From NCBI GenBank assembly GCA_046563655.1, contig CM102283.1:496001-560000 (forward strand): a stretch of 64,000 nucleotides of DNA, given 5' to 3'. The notes beneath the pieces are model-generated. The model saw only the letters and a program-made list of their open reading frames with translations. It made no database searches and was not told where the DNA came from. Shown one piece after another: positions 33,115 through 46,831 of the stretch. Numbering within the stretch: the stretch's first letter is position 1; every line of letters starts with the position of its first letter. The DNA comes from Yuukianura sp. NJ FZ-2021. Its lineage: Eukaryota. Position numbers and translations under genes: made by a program.

Positions 33115-33234
33115 TATAGTGAAAAGTGAAAGTCCACTCCTATCTTTATCCTAAAGATGGGCGCTCTTGGGAACGATGTGGAGAATGTCGCATGGTAGGA
33201 TGTCCCAGAGCAGACCCAACTTTGAGCTGGGACT

Positions 33235-33984
33235 CAGAGATGGGAATGGGCAGCGTTTCTCGGCGCCCGTCCTGTTCAGCTTCTGAGTTGGGCACCCAAA
33301 TTGAAAGCTCGCTCGCCCGGCTTATTTTTCTCAAAAACCCGCTCGCCCAGTTGACCAATTGGTCACGCCAAACAAAAATCCGCCCACCCAACTGAACCCT
33401 GTACAATTCAATATTATACAGAACAACTAATTTTTTACGTTTCTACTTGTCGGGTGTTCCAAAAGTTAATATTATCTTTTTTCTCCCTGTGTAACTGCTC
33501 CACTGCATATCTCATCTCCTACCTTTGAGTGTTTGGAGTTTATTTGTTTTGTGCAGAGAATGATGAACTAACTTTGGAACATACGATATTTAGGTATTGT
33601 TGTGAATGAAAGTAATACAAACCGCTCGCTCAGCTATGCATTTTTACATCTAAAATGGTTCCGGTGGTGGAAAAAACTCTTTCATTTGCTGTTAGATACA
33701 AGTAGAGAAGAGAAGTGAATAACTTTTAACAATTTATACGTGGCGCCGCGAATCTCCTTCCGAGAAATTGGAATAGGATTTCAGAAATCAACAGCCAGTT
33801 GGGCAAAATATTTGAGTTGGGCCCCATTTCTTCTTCCTCAAAATACCCTCCCTGTTCACTAAACTCAAGTGAAAAGCTCGCTCGCCCACGCCCAACTCAA
33901 TTTTCTGCTCGCTCGCCCAATACCCAGTTGAACAGGGTGAGCAACAGGGCCCCAGTTGGGTACAGGGTCCCATTCCCATCTCTG
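33235..33984. mobile_element. hAT-like MITE (750 bp)
   Basis: 16-bp TIR CAGAGATGGGAATGGG, 8-bp TSD CTGGGACT and subterminal GCTCGCTCGCCC repeats. Confidence 0.88.
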
Positions 33985-35369
33985 CTGGGACTGCCCGACT
34001 TAGAACAATCCCAACTCAATGTGGAGAATGTAGCCCGCGGTCCCTAACCATTCTATGGATAAGGAGAGAAAAGTTGGGTTGGAGAGTAAGTAGGCATGAT
34101 GTGTGCAAAATAAGTAAACTGTCAATCAAAATAATGATTAACAGGTATGGGCTTTGTATTGGTCTTGGGTTAGGATAGGGTAATTAAAAAAAAACTAATT
34201 AATAAATAAATACATAAATTAATTAATTAGATGGTGTGTGATGGGGCTGGGGGTGGTTAAACAGGATTCTAACCAGTCAACAACATGCCATCCGTTAGAA
34301 AATTTTATTTCGACGACCACGAAGCTACTCAAGACCGCAGACAAGGTAAAGTCAAAGTATAACCCGTTCCCTGATTCCGATTCCCTTTTCTCACTTTCGA
34401 CTTTCTCTTTAGAGAATTATGCAAGGGCAAGGCCTTCGATTGTCAGCAGACTGCGGGAACGAGACGGTAAATTTGCACTTGCAAAAACAAATAAACTTTT
34501 CCGAGACTTATTTATTTTTATAGTAGAGCAAATTGAAAAAGTTGTCAACGGCCCACCTGACGCGCTTTCTCTTTTGACTCGAGGAATGGATGAATGCGAG
34601 GATATTGTTGAAACCGACGACCACTCACATGCAAACGTCACCGAAATTTCTCAGCCGCAATTGGACTACTTTAGAGCAGCAAGACAGCAGCTCTTAAACT
34701 CAGTTTCCGCTGAAAAATATTTTTGCAACAGGAAACTTGTCCATCATTTTGGAATTGCAACTGCATGAAAGCAAGATTTGACTTTTGCGAACCGTCGGGA
34801 GTAGGAAGGAAATTTTTTAGCAGCAAATATAGCGTAAAAAAATTCTATGCTAATTTTCAGATGTGGAAAGTGTTCATTTACAAACCAAATTCAAACTGCC
34901 GCCCCTCGATTGTCTCGATTAGTTATCCCGAAATTGACAAGTTTGTTCAGGTCTTGGAAGAAATTTTGCAAAAGATTCAACATGGAAACGAAACTGGAGT
35001 TGGATATTTGAAACCAAAAGGGGAGTTGGATTCTGACTGGATGCCTGATCGTTCAGACAACTTGGGTTTTGGCAAAAGGACATTACATATCTTGGCAGTA
35101 GTTGGCTCAGGATTCGGCCGTTATGGAATTTTGACAACTATGCAATTTAAATTAATAATCCGTCAGACTACAGTTCTTTTGAAAATTTTTTTTTTGGCCC
35201 AAATATTAGATTGGCTCCTAAAGAGGCGGAAATGCTCTTGGCCATTTTGGCCAAGATCACTTCCAAATGCCCGCCATGTATGGCCATGTTCGATTTCCTG
35301 CATCAGGAGTAATATTGTCCTGTGGGTCAATTTTCTGTAAATAAATTCCGCATTCAAGGCAACTTTGAA

Positions 35370-37650
35370 AGTTGGGTATAAATTCTACGTCATTTATGAA
35401 AAAGTCCTCATTCTTGAGAAACTGTCTCCGAGAAAACATGGATTCTGATAAAGAACTTTCTGAAATTGTGCAAAAATTCATTGGCAAAAGCACTTTGGAT
35501 AGAAAAAGAGTTAGGATTCTTAGAAACCTCACCGATTGTCAACTTTCTAAAATTGTAAACATTGTACTACGTTCAACGGCAAACGATTTGGGTGTTTGGG
35601 TTCACTGTCATAAGCTTTCCAAATTGGCTAAAGCAGCAATTCGGAAAAGGAGGAGCAAAGGGCTCAGGGGTGTTTTTATTCAATACCGCAATCAACTACT
35701 GTGCCTTCTACGCCATCGGGCATGGCTATCAAGAGAAGAGGAGCTAATCCGGGCCCTATGTTGCTCCTAAGCTTTATCCTATTAATTCAAATAGCTACTG
35801 CCCGCACTCCCTTGAACTGACTTTAATTCCGTTTATTTAACAACGCACCTTCGGGAAAAATTGTCAGTAGGCAGTTATCAAACTAAAAGGAAGTATCAAA
35901 TTGAAATCTAAACCTCTGTTCAATAATGTCCACATTTGACATTGCTGTGACAAGAAGGGAACTGCATGCCGGATGTGTTTACACATGCCGGCTAATCGGC
36001 TCAAAGAAAAAGTATTTCACAATAGAAATTGTGTGTCCTTCGACAAAGAAGAGTAACGTCATTCCTGGCCAACGATCCGACCATGTCTTGGACATGGGAA
36101 TGTGCCTCGAAAACTGCGACTCAACAGGATTCAAAAAAATCTAACATGTAAGTTCCTATTTAACTAGTCTTTACCCAAACGTCAATCATTCATAAAGCAA
36201 ATTTGATACAAATAAAATAATTATGTTCCAGGAAATTGCCTCAACCTGTAAAATATTAATTTGCCATGAGGACAATACAATGGGCGCATTTCCTCTAATC
36301 CAACATTCTATGAAGGCTATGTTAACTTTCAAAAATATCTTTGAAATGGATCCACCACCGATTACCTGCGAATCCAGCTTCCGGGAGCATATCAGAGGCA
36401 TGAATAACGGAATATTTAAGCCGTCAATTTTATTGCGTCTAATGTCGGTTTCAGGTAAGCTTTTGCGCTTTGATTTAGTTGGGTATAAATTCAACGCCAT
36501 TTATGAAAAATCCTCATTCTTGAAAAACTGCTTCTGCAAAAACATGGATTCTGACAAAGACCTTTTTGAAATCGTATAAAAATTCATTCGCAAAAGCACT
36601 TTGGATAGAACCAGAGTTAGGATTCTTAGAAACCACAGCGATGGTCAACTTTCTAAAATTGTAAACATTGTACTATGTTCAACGGCAAACGATTTGGGTG
36701 TTTCGGTTCACTGTCATAAGCTTTCCAAATTGACTAAAGCGGCAATCCGAAAAAGGAAGAGCAAAGGGCTCAGGGGTGTTTTTATTCAATAACCGCAATC
36801 AACTACTGTGCCTTCTACGCCATCGGGCGTGCCTATCAAGAGAAGAAAAGCTAATCCGGAGCCTATGTTGCTCCTAATCTTTATTCAATTAATTCAAAGG
36901 GCTCCAGGCTGCAATACTTGCTTTCGTGATTTGACTTCTCCGATTACCTTTCTATATAAATGCATCTTCGGTAAAACTTTTCAGTTGATAGCTATCAATG
37001 AGAAAGTCCTCATCAAGTTCAAATCTGAGTCCAATAATGTCAACAACATACTACATTGCCGTGACTATAAAAGGGCTGCCTGCCGGATGTGTTTACACAT
37101 GCCGGCTAAGCGGCTCCAAGAAGAAGTACTTGCAAATAAATATTGTGTGCCGGTCTACAAAGCCTCACAACATCATCCCTGGCCAGGTAAGGCCATGTCC
37201 TTAACATGGGAAGATGCCTGGAAATGTGTACCTCGTTTGAATTCAAAAAGTTTTTGAGTGTAAGTGTGCAATTTAATTTCATTATTACTTGCAAATAAGT
37301 ACCTCTACATCTTTCTGGACACTCGGTGTTGACTGTCTTTGTGGACAGTATGACCGAAATTTGCATGAGTGCAAAAGAAAAACTAAAACTTTGTATTTAG
37401 GAAGTTTCATCAACTTGTCAAGTTCTAATTAGCCACGACGAGACCACCCTTGATGTGTTTTCGGCGATTCTACATTCAATGAAGGCTGTTTTAACTTTCA
37501 CAAATACCTTCGAAATTGATCCACCACCGATTAGCTGCGAATCAAGCTTCCGGGAAGATATCAGAGGCATGAATAACGGAATATTTAAGCCGTCAATTTT
37601 ACTGCGTCTAATGTCGGTTTCAGGTAAGCTTTTGCACTGTGATTCAGTTA
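35370..37650 (+). repeat. Tandem segmental duplication (~1.1-1.2-kb unit, 2 copies) of an unknown spliced gene, decayed
   Basis: 35372-35790 matches 36478-36897, 35930-36140 matches 37045-37260, and 36231-36480 matches 37401-37650. Splice-like AG/GTAAG sites are shared; stops and frameshifts differ between copies. Confidence 0.75.
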
Positions 37651-37753
37651 GCTTGGGAGGATTTAAATAATGTCGACTTCGCAGCTCGTTTCTTTTCGAC
37701 TCCCGAAGCCACTAGTCAAACTATGGTCTCTGGCGTTGCTGGTTTTCTGAACA

Positions 37754-38672
37754 CTACAACTGGAAGCATCGCAACTGACAAAGCAATGGCTTCAACTTCT
37801 GCAGCAGCAACCGACCCTGCTCCTCTAGTTTCAGAAGAAACGGCCACCGATGAGACTTCCCCAAACTACCGCTTGGTGTGTCAAGCATGACAGTGTTGTC
37901 TTCCGTGGGAACTTGAATCTTTGACTCCGGAGACTCATTTGTGACGCTTGCCTCCGTGGCCCAATGATGGGTTGAAAACGTAGGCGGAAGGGTGGTCGAA
38001 ACCGTGGTTAGAACTTCAGTGGTAAATTCCGCAGTGTCTCCGGAAGCATTACCTATTGGCATGGTAGCATCACTGAAAGTTGGTGTCACCATAACATCTA
38101 CACTGGGTGTGGCAAGGGGTCAGGGCGTAGGTACGACCGTGGCGGTCTCGGAGGTGTCATTTAAAATTGGCTCAGCCATTGGCCTAGAGATTGAAGGCTG
38201 ACGAGTAACCTGGTATTGTTGAACTTTGACACCTTGATTCAAGTCGCCGTTCCTAGTCTTCGTTTCAATTTGTTTACCTAGTGCCAATAATATTGAAATT
38301 AAAATACAGCAGCCTAAAATGGCAACGCCAAAGTGACACAGGCGCAGCGTTGTTGCCAAATACGAAAACTTTCTCACCATTTAAATTTGCGCAATCATCT
38401 AGTGAAAATACTTTGCGTATCCCTATGGAAGCGATTGAAGTGGAAACGCAAATGGTGCCATGTTTCGTTTTTACAAACTTAGAACCTTCTTTGATGCACC
38501 GGTCACAATCTGAAACATTGTCACAGGTAGTCTCCACACCTGTGATTAGATTAAACCAGAGAAAAAAAAACAAACTAAAACACATTTCGAAAAGTGAGAA
38601 TGTTGATCGAGAAACGAGAACACGTTTTATACTTTTAGTAAAATGAAATTTCGTTTTAAAGTTGTGTGACAA
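37754..38672 (-). pseudogene. Fragmented secreted/membrane protein (signal peptide, small Cys domain, TM, Thr-rich tract)
   Basis: MCFSLFFFLWFNLITGVETTCDNVSDCDRC..., a hydrophobic segment and a Thr/Ser-rich stretch spread over three frames. Confidence 0.35.
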
Positions 38673-40704
38673 TTATGAAAGTCAAATGGCGACTGACAAG
38701 AATACTGCAAGTTGGGACACGTAACCCACAAAGTGACTCATACTGGACCTTTGGTTTGTCTTTAGTATTGGGGTCAATCCATTCTCAAGTATCGGAATTC
38801 ATTAGGTTTGCCTACTAAAAGCAATTTTTGTTCATACAAATGACTAATTACGTATCGTCGTGCGAATCACTGTTGGCGTCTGCTGCGTAGGCTTAGTAGC
38901 CATAAGATTATATCTTATTGAGATTTGGCAGAGATGCGGCGAGTGGAGTCGCGGGAGTTTTGAGATGTGGCGAGGTAGAAAGAGGGATGTATTTTGTATA
39001 TAGAGTTCAGTCTGGGATTGGCTTTAGAGTGAGTCGGGAGATCAGTAGTTATGATCATTTATTTTTCAGTTGTTATTTGAGTTTATTTCATCGGTTCATT
39101 AAATATATTTTATATATTTATTTCACCGATGTTTGGTTCTTTGCAGTGGTGATTTCTTTTGAGGTTATTTGGGTCTGAGAGCCTGTAGGCTCAGAGAGTA
39201 GTCTGGTGGAGTGTTTTTCAGTTGTTTAGCGTCGTAGAGCGTTACATCACGCAGTAAAAGGCGTTTATATAACTTGTACAGTTGGTAATGCGTAGATGGT
39301 ACTTTCACTTACACAGTAGATCACTAACTACCACTTACACACAGTGGAAGCATTGTGTGCTGCAGGGGTTAAGGTCACTTTCACTTTACGCAACGGAACG
39401 ATTGAAATTGCTAAATCTGATAATTGGAAATAAAATTAAACTTAGATAAAATTCAAAACTACAGAAAATACAAGGCACTTTACGCAACTTGGGTGTGGTG
39501 GATTTGGTTTTTCCTTTCCTTTGTGTATAGAAGATGAAAAGTGCGTATAGTATGCTGACTGCAATTTACGCATGGGTACTACCGTGGTAATCAGTGGGAC
39601 TAAAAAGTGCGTAAAAAGTGTGTGAGAGTGGCAACACGGGAGTTTACCGTCGTAGTATTCAACCAGGGGAAATAGGCCATACGTACCTACAATGGTGCCA
39701 TAGTCACAAGATGACTTTTCATCTCTGCCGTACTACAAGGGTAGCACAAGTCAGGGACGGTTGATAACTTTTCACTATGGCTCTTCCCGGCCTAGGATTA
39801 AAAATACTACAGGAACGGGCGGAGACTTAGGCAAAAAGATTCAAGGAAAGGGCGGAGTCTTAGCGAGACGGCTTCAAGGAACGGGCGGAGTTATTACTCA
39901 TTTTAGCTTAACGTTAGCAATAACATACAGTGGTAGGATATGTAAAATGGACTTTTTTCATTTGTAGTAATTTATATTATTGCTGGCCATTAGTAGAAGG
40001 TAGGAGGGTGCTGATGACGCCACTTATTTTAACAATCGTATTTCACTTTTTTGCAATACTCAGTATTTTCTCGAGATAAGACAGTTAGTCTCATGGGGAG
40101 ACATATGCGTTCCTTTGAGTATACCAGTTAGAGTAGACTGTCCTACCAAACAGGGGGTGCTTAGTTTCGCAACTTCGAATATAATAGTAGAGCAGACCAA
40201 CGCCCAGTTTTGGGTGCGGTTGGTAATTTCGACTTTAGGCTGAAGCAAGTCACGCACTTTCGCTTCCATGCGTACGCGTGGAGTGGGGAGGTGACCTACT
40301 TTCACGCCATCCAAGGAGACAGACTAGCTGAAATAGACGCGTCTTTTGCCAAAAAGGCGAGAGTCTGTTTTTCGCAACTTTTGAAATAACATCTACTTCA
40401 AGGTACTCCATTACCACGAAGTGGTCGAAGTTTTGTCTTCCTTTGTCAACTCTCTTTTCTTTCTACACTAAATACAGTTTCAGGTGTAAAGTGATCCGTG
40501 GGAAACCGTACTTTTGGTCTATTGAAAACATCTAACTTAACGAGTTACAAAACGTACTCGCCTTTTTCAGTACAGATTGGATTTGTTTAAATTGGATTCT
40601 TCATTCGGTGAGACAAAATTTTCCGGATTCATTTCAATTATCGACCTTTCTTTTTTCCTTCCTTTTTACGTTAACACACACTATCTTTTCTTTCATTAGT
40701 AAGA

Positions 40705-43700
40705 ATGAGTAGATCTACCAGTCCTAGGGATAGGGGAACAAATAACCTACACGCTTTTCCTTTGATGCCTCCATTAATTCCTGCACCACCACCATTGCCC
40801 GCAGTAGCTCCTCCAGTCAGCACCATCCTTAATGCTCCTACAATAATGCCTACTGCTTCGGCGGCAACTTCCCCAACCAAACTCAATGTAGTGGCGCAAT
40901 CAACTCCACCGTTGCCGCAGCGAGTTTCGGTACCATTTCCACGATTTGGGGGAACAAAATCTGAATGTGTTCATAGGTTTTTGGTAAAATTGGAGTTAGC
41001 CGCGATGGCTAATAGACTTCCACCAGCAACTTGGGGACTTTTCTTACCTTCATCTTTAGAAAAAGTGGCAGAAGACTGGCTAGTAAATTTTTTGGAACAA
41101 CAACGGGTTACGGCCCCACAGAATACGGCGGTCATCAGCTAATTACGATCTTCGAAACGAGTTGCTTAAGGTTTTCGGCACGGTTGACTCCATTGCGGCG
41201 GAAGATCGTGCTCAGAACAGAAAACAACAAGTCGATGAAAGCATCGAAGCGTACACTTACGATTTACTAAATATCCTGCAACAACTTGATCCCTCTTTAA
41301 CGGAGCCTCGCAAACTAAAATATCTGATTAGAAATCTTCGCCCTTCGTATCTTCAGCAGATGGCGTTGTTAAATCGTAAAACAATAGCCGAGTTTATCAG
41401 TATCGGGAAGACTATCCAAGAAGCTAACTCCATGTTGAACCATCAAAGGGACGTTTTTGCACTTGAACAAGCTCGTGATAGGGTTTCTCTTGAGCCCACT
41501 GTGGGGATACCTTCTACGATTAATGCGGTTAAAACGGCTTATCCTCATCTTTATCCTAACACTGACAAATTTTTAGAAGATACGACATTGGTTCGTAACT
41601 CGAATCTCTATCGCGATGCTACGATGTTTACCCCAAATCCAGGGACAGGGCCTTCTCAAGGTCACCATCGAGGACCAGTAGTGTGTAAACGATGTAATCA
41701 AAGTGGTCATCTGGCACCCAATTGTCCTCAAATCGTTTGTTATCGTTGTGGGCAGAAGGCTCATATCGCTTCGAGATGCCAAGCGGAAGTGTTTTGCTCC
41801 AATCATAATACCAACACACATGCCACAGTAGTTTGTAGGATGCGGAATCAGCAACAACCTTCTGTGCTGAGTCCAGAGAAATATTGTAACTACCACAATA
41901 GCCGCTCGCATAATACGACGGATTGTCGGGCTTTAAAAAACCAGCAGAACGGGACGACACAAGGGGATCGTCCTGTTCAGACGAAAAACCCCTTGATCAA
42001 CTCTCTCAATACGAGATACCAATCCAATTTGAGCAACAACTAATTTTTCACATCGGTATTGCTGAATTGTTGCGAGTCGCTGGCACAGTTAATCACCATC
42101 CTGCAATTATTTTGTTAGATACAGGAGCTCAGGCCTCCCTCATAGACTCTTCTTTAATACCTTCGGATCAACTTCAAACTTTGCCTCACAGTCTCACTCT
42201 TTCAGGCATAGGAGCTACAAAGATTGAACCAGTTGGTAGAACACAAGTCATTATTAATTTACCTAATTTTAGTGTGAACCATGAGGTTCTCGTTGTTCAG
42301 AATTGTCCACTCAAAGTCCTTCTAGGTATGGATTTCTTACAAAAGCATAACGTCAAAATTGACCTTCGTACACAACATGTAACCATGGGGCATACAACGT
42401 TCCCCATCTTTCGTCCTTCCCGTTCGGAGGACATGATTTTCACAACTCTCACAGATGACACGCAGCAAAGACTCTATGTTATTGATACTTCACATTTAAA
42501 ATTAAGCTCCTCGGCCGGGGAAACGGACGAAATTGCTGGTTCTATGCAGGAATTGAACCAGCATATTCAGCCATTACAGGAAAATAGTCTAGAAACCGTA
42601 TTCTTACCAGAGTCAACAGAGAATATGTCTTTCGCGAAGCAACTCTCTTATATGGATTTTGATAGGATGCCTCTGACGAGAGGTGCACTTTCTTACCAGT
42701 CTCTTACCAGCGATTCAAGTATCGGCCATCCTCTTACAAGGGCCACAGTATTACCTTCGTAGTCTTTATTGTGTGGAACCACGAAACATGTTCAGTTTAA
42801 CGATGATCTAGAGGATGAGAATCATAAGCGGCTTTCCTTAGAGGATTTTGATGCTCATTTACAAAATTTGTATTCCCGAATCAATCCTGAGTTGGAGGAA
42901 CCTCAACAACTCCAACTTCGGAAGTTATTTAAATCTTACAATGATGTGTTTTCTTTCAAAGATGAAATTGGTCTTATCAAAGATTATGTGCACCATATTG
43001 TTTTGAAAAAAGATGCTAAACCATTTCGACACCAACCGGCACGGCGAAGCAAAGAGGCCATGGATGCCGAAAATAATACGATTAAAGAACTACTCAGGCT
43101 TGATAAAATTGAGCCTAGTAACTCCAACTTTCTTTTTCGGACGGTTATGGTTTCCCAGGGTATAACTCAGGCGTTATGATCCAAAACCGGTTATTCCCTC
43201 CAGGCAAAGTTATGATCAAAGGCCACCTACATACCAGTTGATCCCAACGGCTCCCTTGGCAGTTCCTCCTGAACTTTACACTCAAGGCGAAGGTTTCATC
43301 TGGAAAGGGATACCGCGTCCAGCATAGTGAATCCAGTCTTTTCTTCAGTACAATACGAGTCTATTTTACCCTTTGTTTCATCATGCACTCTACTGTCTTC
43401 ATTGGCTTCTTAGGCCTCATATGCTCGGCCCAATCAACTATTGTCCGAACGCTATCCGACATCTCAACAGTTACTAACCTTTCGACAGCACTATCGCATG
43501 ATGTATCAGAAAATCGTCAACTATGGGACAATCGGCGCGAGTTTAATGAGTCCCATTCCAAAACTCACCGTTGGATTATTGGAGTTTTAAGTTCTTACCG
43601 ACAGCCACAGGCTCTTCCTCTGCATCACGCCACATTAGCTTCCGTCGAATTTACTGTTCATGCGAGCCAAGGAAATCCACGAATAGCGTATGTGTGTACT

Positions 43701-46594
43701 AGTACTCGTTCCTCAGTGCACAAATACGCCTCGGTTCGTTTGGGAGACATCACAACGTTCTATTATGATTATGGGACTGTTTTTCTTAACAATAATTTTA
43801 CCCTGGAACAGTGTTACGACATGATTTTACATAAACTAGATCCCATTGGCAGAACTCTCTCGCCAGCTTCAACCATTTTCGCAATTTTTTGTATATTTCC
43901 ATTTACCTCTCACGCATTCTAAGTTTCCGGTTTATTCGACATGGGTAACTCCTAAACTACGGCCCAGTTTTCAAGATCGCAATTTACGACTACCCAAACG
44001 TTTTCACCCTAATGAAGAAAATATTTACACTGATTATCATGTTCATCAAGTACATTTGGATGTAGATCCCATTTCACAACAAGTTACTAATAAGGATATC
44101 TTCTTATCCTTGCAATCCTGTTACTTCGGACAACAAGTTTGTGCCCTTCTTAATGGATTTTTGATTCAAGATCATCTCACGGATCCCACAGCGCCCTCTT
44201 GTTCCTACACGACTTATACGGATTTTATGTGTTTTGTGACTCCAGCCATTATTTTTTGTCCTAACTCCCGCACTCACATCTCGCCACATCAGATGCATAT
44301 CCGACTACGGCAACCGACGCTTGTGAAGATAACTACTTCTCCAGGAGCCATTACCTTGTCCACTAACACGACGCAATTTATTGCGGATTCAGAATTCCAT
44401 ACCCTGGTTGAACAATTGGCACAACAACCTAATACCTTTCTACAAGTTAAACAGTTGGGTGTTTGTTGATCAGTGTCCAGTTCTGCGCCCTTTGACGGAC
44501 TTCCTTTTTATTTCCAGACTATCATGCTTCCTATCACGGCGATTCTCTTAACGGCAACTTATAGCCACCTCATGTTGACTTGCGTTGCTGAAATTCGGAG
44601 TATTACAACCCAATTTGATTCTATGGCACGGGTAACCAAGTTCACGCAGACCGACGTTCCAGAGTTACTCGCTCCATCGAATCAGACGCGTGTTTGGACT
44701 CTGGGAATGTTGCGGACTCGACCGGAGAGTTGTCCCTACAATTTACAAGATTCTGCAATGATTTCTGCGGCCTTATGGAGCGGGGTGTCCTCCGATCTTT
44801 ATGCCCAAGGATACCACTGCATCTTGGAAGTTAAGGAATTCTACCACAATCTTCAGCAGCCCAGAACGTTTACTACAAATGTGACAATGTTTCCACGAGC
44901 GTTGACCTCAGCTAAATGCATTCATATGCATTTAACACGGACGGATCCGGACGGATATCCCATGGCAGTCATCAATGAAACCACGATCGCAACACGTAAC
45001 TAGCTTGTTACGAACGATACACAGTTTGCTCAACGTGAACCGTGGGGTGTTCGCATTATCAACTATTACATCACGTTGGTCAAAATTAAACATGATCCGT
45101 ACTCAGGCAACATTTGGGCTCCTTACTTACCGGATTTAGAGTATCCTTGTGCATTTAAAGCAACATCCTGTTGGACCAAGAGGGGCTTGTTCGTCTGGCG
45201 ATTCCCAGGACTTCAGGACACGACTTGCTCGTTACGTAAACGGCTGGCGTCCAATTGTTTCTTAAACCCCCGACAATTGGTCTGCCCGGAATTGGCCATT
45301 ACGATTACGGATTATTATAATGCTTCTTCTGAGGAATGTGGAACACCTTTGGGGGTTTGTCGCAGTATCATTGAGACAAAGGAAGGGCTCCCTCAAGAGG
45401 ACATTAATACCATTGATACTACCCAAACGTTCCACATTGAAATGGATTCTACGCATCTTTATCACGGTATCCGGTGGGGAAAACAGAGTTTGCTCAAAAT
45501 TCTACATAAAGGGTCTTGTGAGCTGCCGGAAAAACGATCCATTTATCAAGTAACAAGACAGTTTCGCGACCGCTCGCAGACGTTCATCAACATGACGCAT
45601 TACTCACCTTTCTTTCACGACTCTCACGACAACCTTGGACAAATCCCTCAACAGAGGGCAACGGAATGGGATGAAACTAACGATGTCGAAACTTTTTGAT
45701 TAACTTGACTCGAACCAGCCAGAGCCAAATGGAACAACTTTCCCTGGAAAAGTATCCGTTTACGTCTGAAGCACAACGTTCACACTGGACTCTCGGCATC
45801 ATGTCCTCAACGCTGAGGTCTACCGCGTCCTGTGTGGGGGATCGACAACCGACCGAGGCAATGGTTACACTCGATGTTCACACCACGGAGAATCTTATGG
45901 AACCAAATCGAGCTCTCGAGTGCCAACGTGAGATTCTATTCGAATCGAAGACGCTGTACTTTTTCGGCATCTATTATCCCTTTGCAAGCAGGGAAGCAAG
46001 CAAGCCACGACCTATCGAGATCCAGAGGGGGTTCCACTCCTACAACTTAATGAAACGACTTACGGCACTACCCGTCAACCTCTCACTTGGTACAAATGGC
46101 CAACGACCATTTCAAGCCGCGTTACCAACTACTACTTAACGGTTCGAGAATTTGGGGTCGACTCGACCAATGCCATCGTGGTGAAGGACATGAAATCCTT
46201 GATGCCTTGCGATTATTCGGCGGGCGTCTGTGACATGATCTATTCAACTATTGTTTGGGGCCCTAAATACAAGATATTTCATCCTACTCAACAACAGTGC
46301 GAAGCCAAAACATATACTAATCTAACTTGTCTTCTAGGGGAAACCTTCATAAGATGCCCTGCCATTGGACTTTACATCTCTTCCATGTTCCGAGAGCCGC
46401 AGTGTACTCGCCGCTTAGGATACGCACGAGTTGTGTGGACGACAGATCGACGAGCACGGGAACTCACGGACACCACCGATTTTTTGCCCCTCACGAACGA
46501 ATTTGATGAGATCCTTCATCGAGGACGAGAGGAACCTTCGTTGTCTCTGCTGGCGATTCAAGTGGCCCGATGTCACAATTCCACTACTATGTAA
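40705..46594 (+). mobile_element. Decayed Ty3/gypsy-like retroelement 1: gag, protease, truncated RT, long env-like region
   Basis: Gag (PRFGG, retrotransposon gag core, four Zn knuckles), protease LLDTGA..LLGMDF, RT N-terminus (HHIVLKKDAKPF...KIEPSNS) then a deletion, and signal-peptide-led Cys-rich ORFs at 43383-46594. Confidence 0.88.
43383..46594 (+). pseudogene. Env-like glycoprotein region with three tandem Cys-rich domains
   Basis: Signal peptide MHSTVFIGFLGLICSA and NxT sites. The motif Y.C...C..M.....DP.G...N.TT...NYY...C......C......VW...C...C...CP recurs three times; stops and frameshifts present. Confidence 0.65.
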
Positions 46595-46831
46595 ATGGGG
46601 TGCTTTAATACACTAACCTTTACAAATAATCCTCTTAGTCGCATTGTTCAATGCTAGCTATGTTCAGCACATATTACGTAGTTACTCGTAGAACTTGCAC
46701 TTTAAAAAATCCAATACAAAAATTCAAAATGTTACGATTTAAACGATTTTTTTTGGGTCATCTTTTACCATACTAACACCTTAGACTTGTAACGATCCTG
46801 GCACAGTACTCTCAACTGGAAGGGGGGTGTA

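Noticed and set aside
38860-39900. LTR and PBS of element 1
   Set aside because: LTR-like features (minus-strand TGTAAC at 39246, GGGCGGAG repeats) are present, but no second copy or clear PBS is found in the window.
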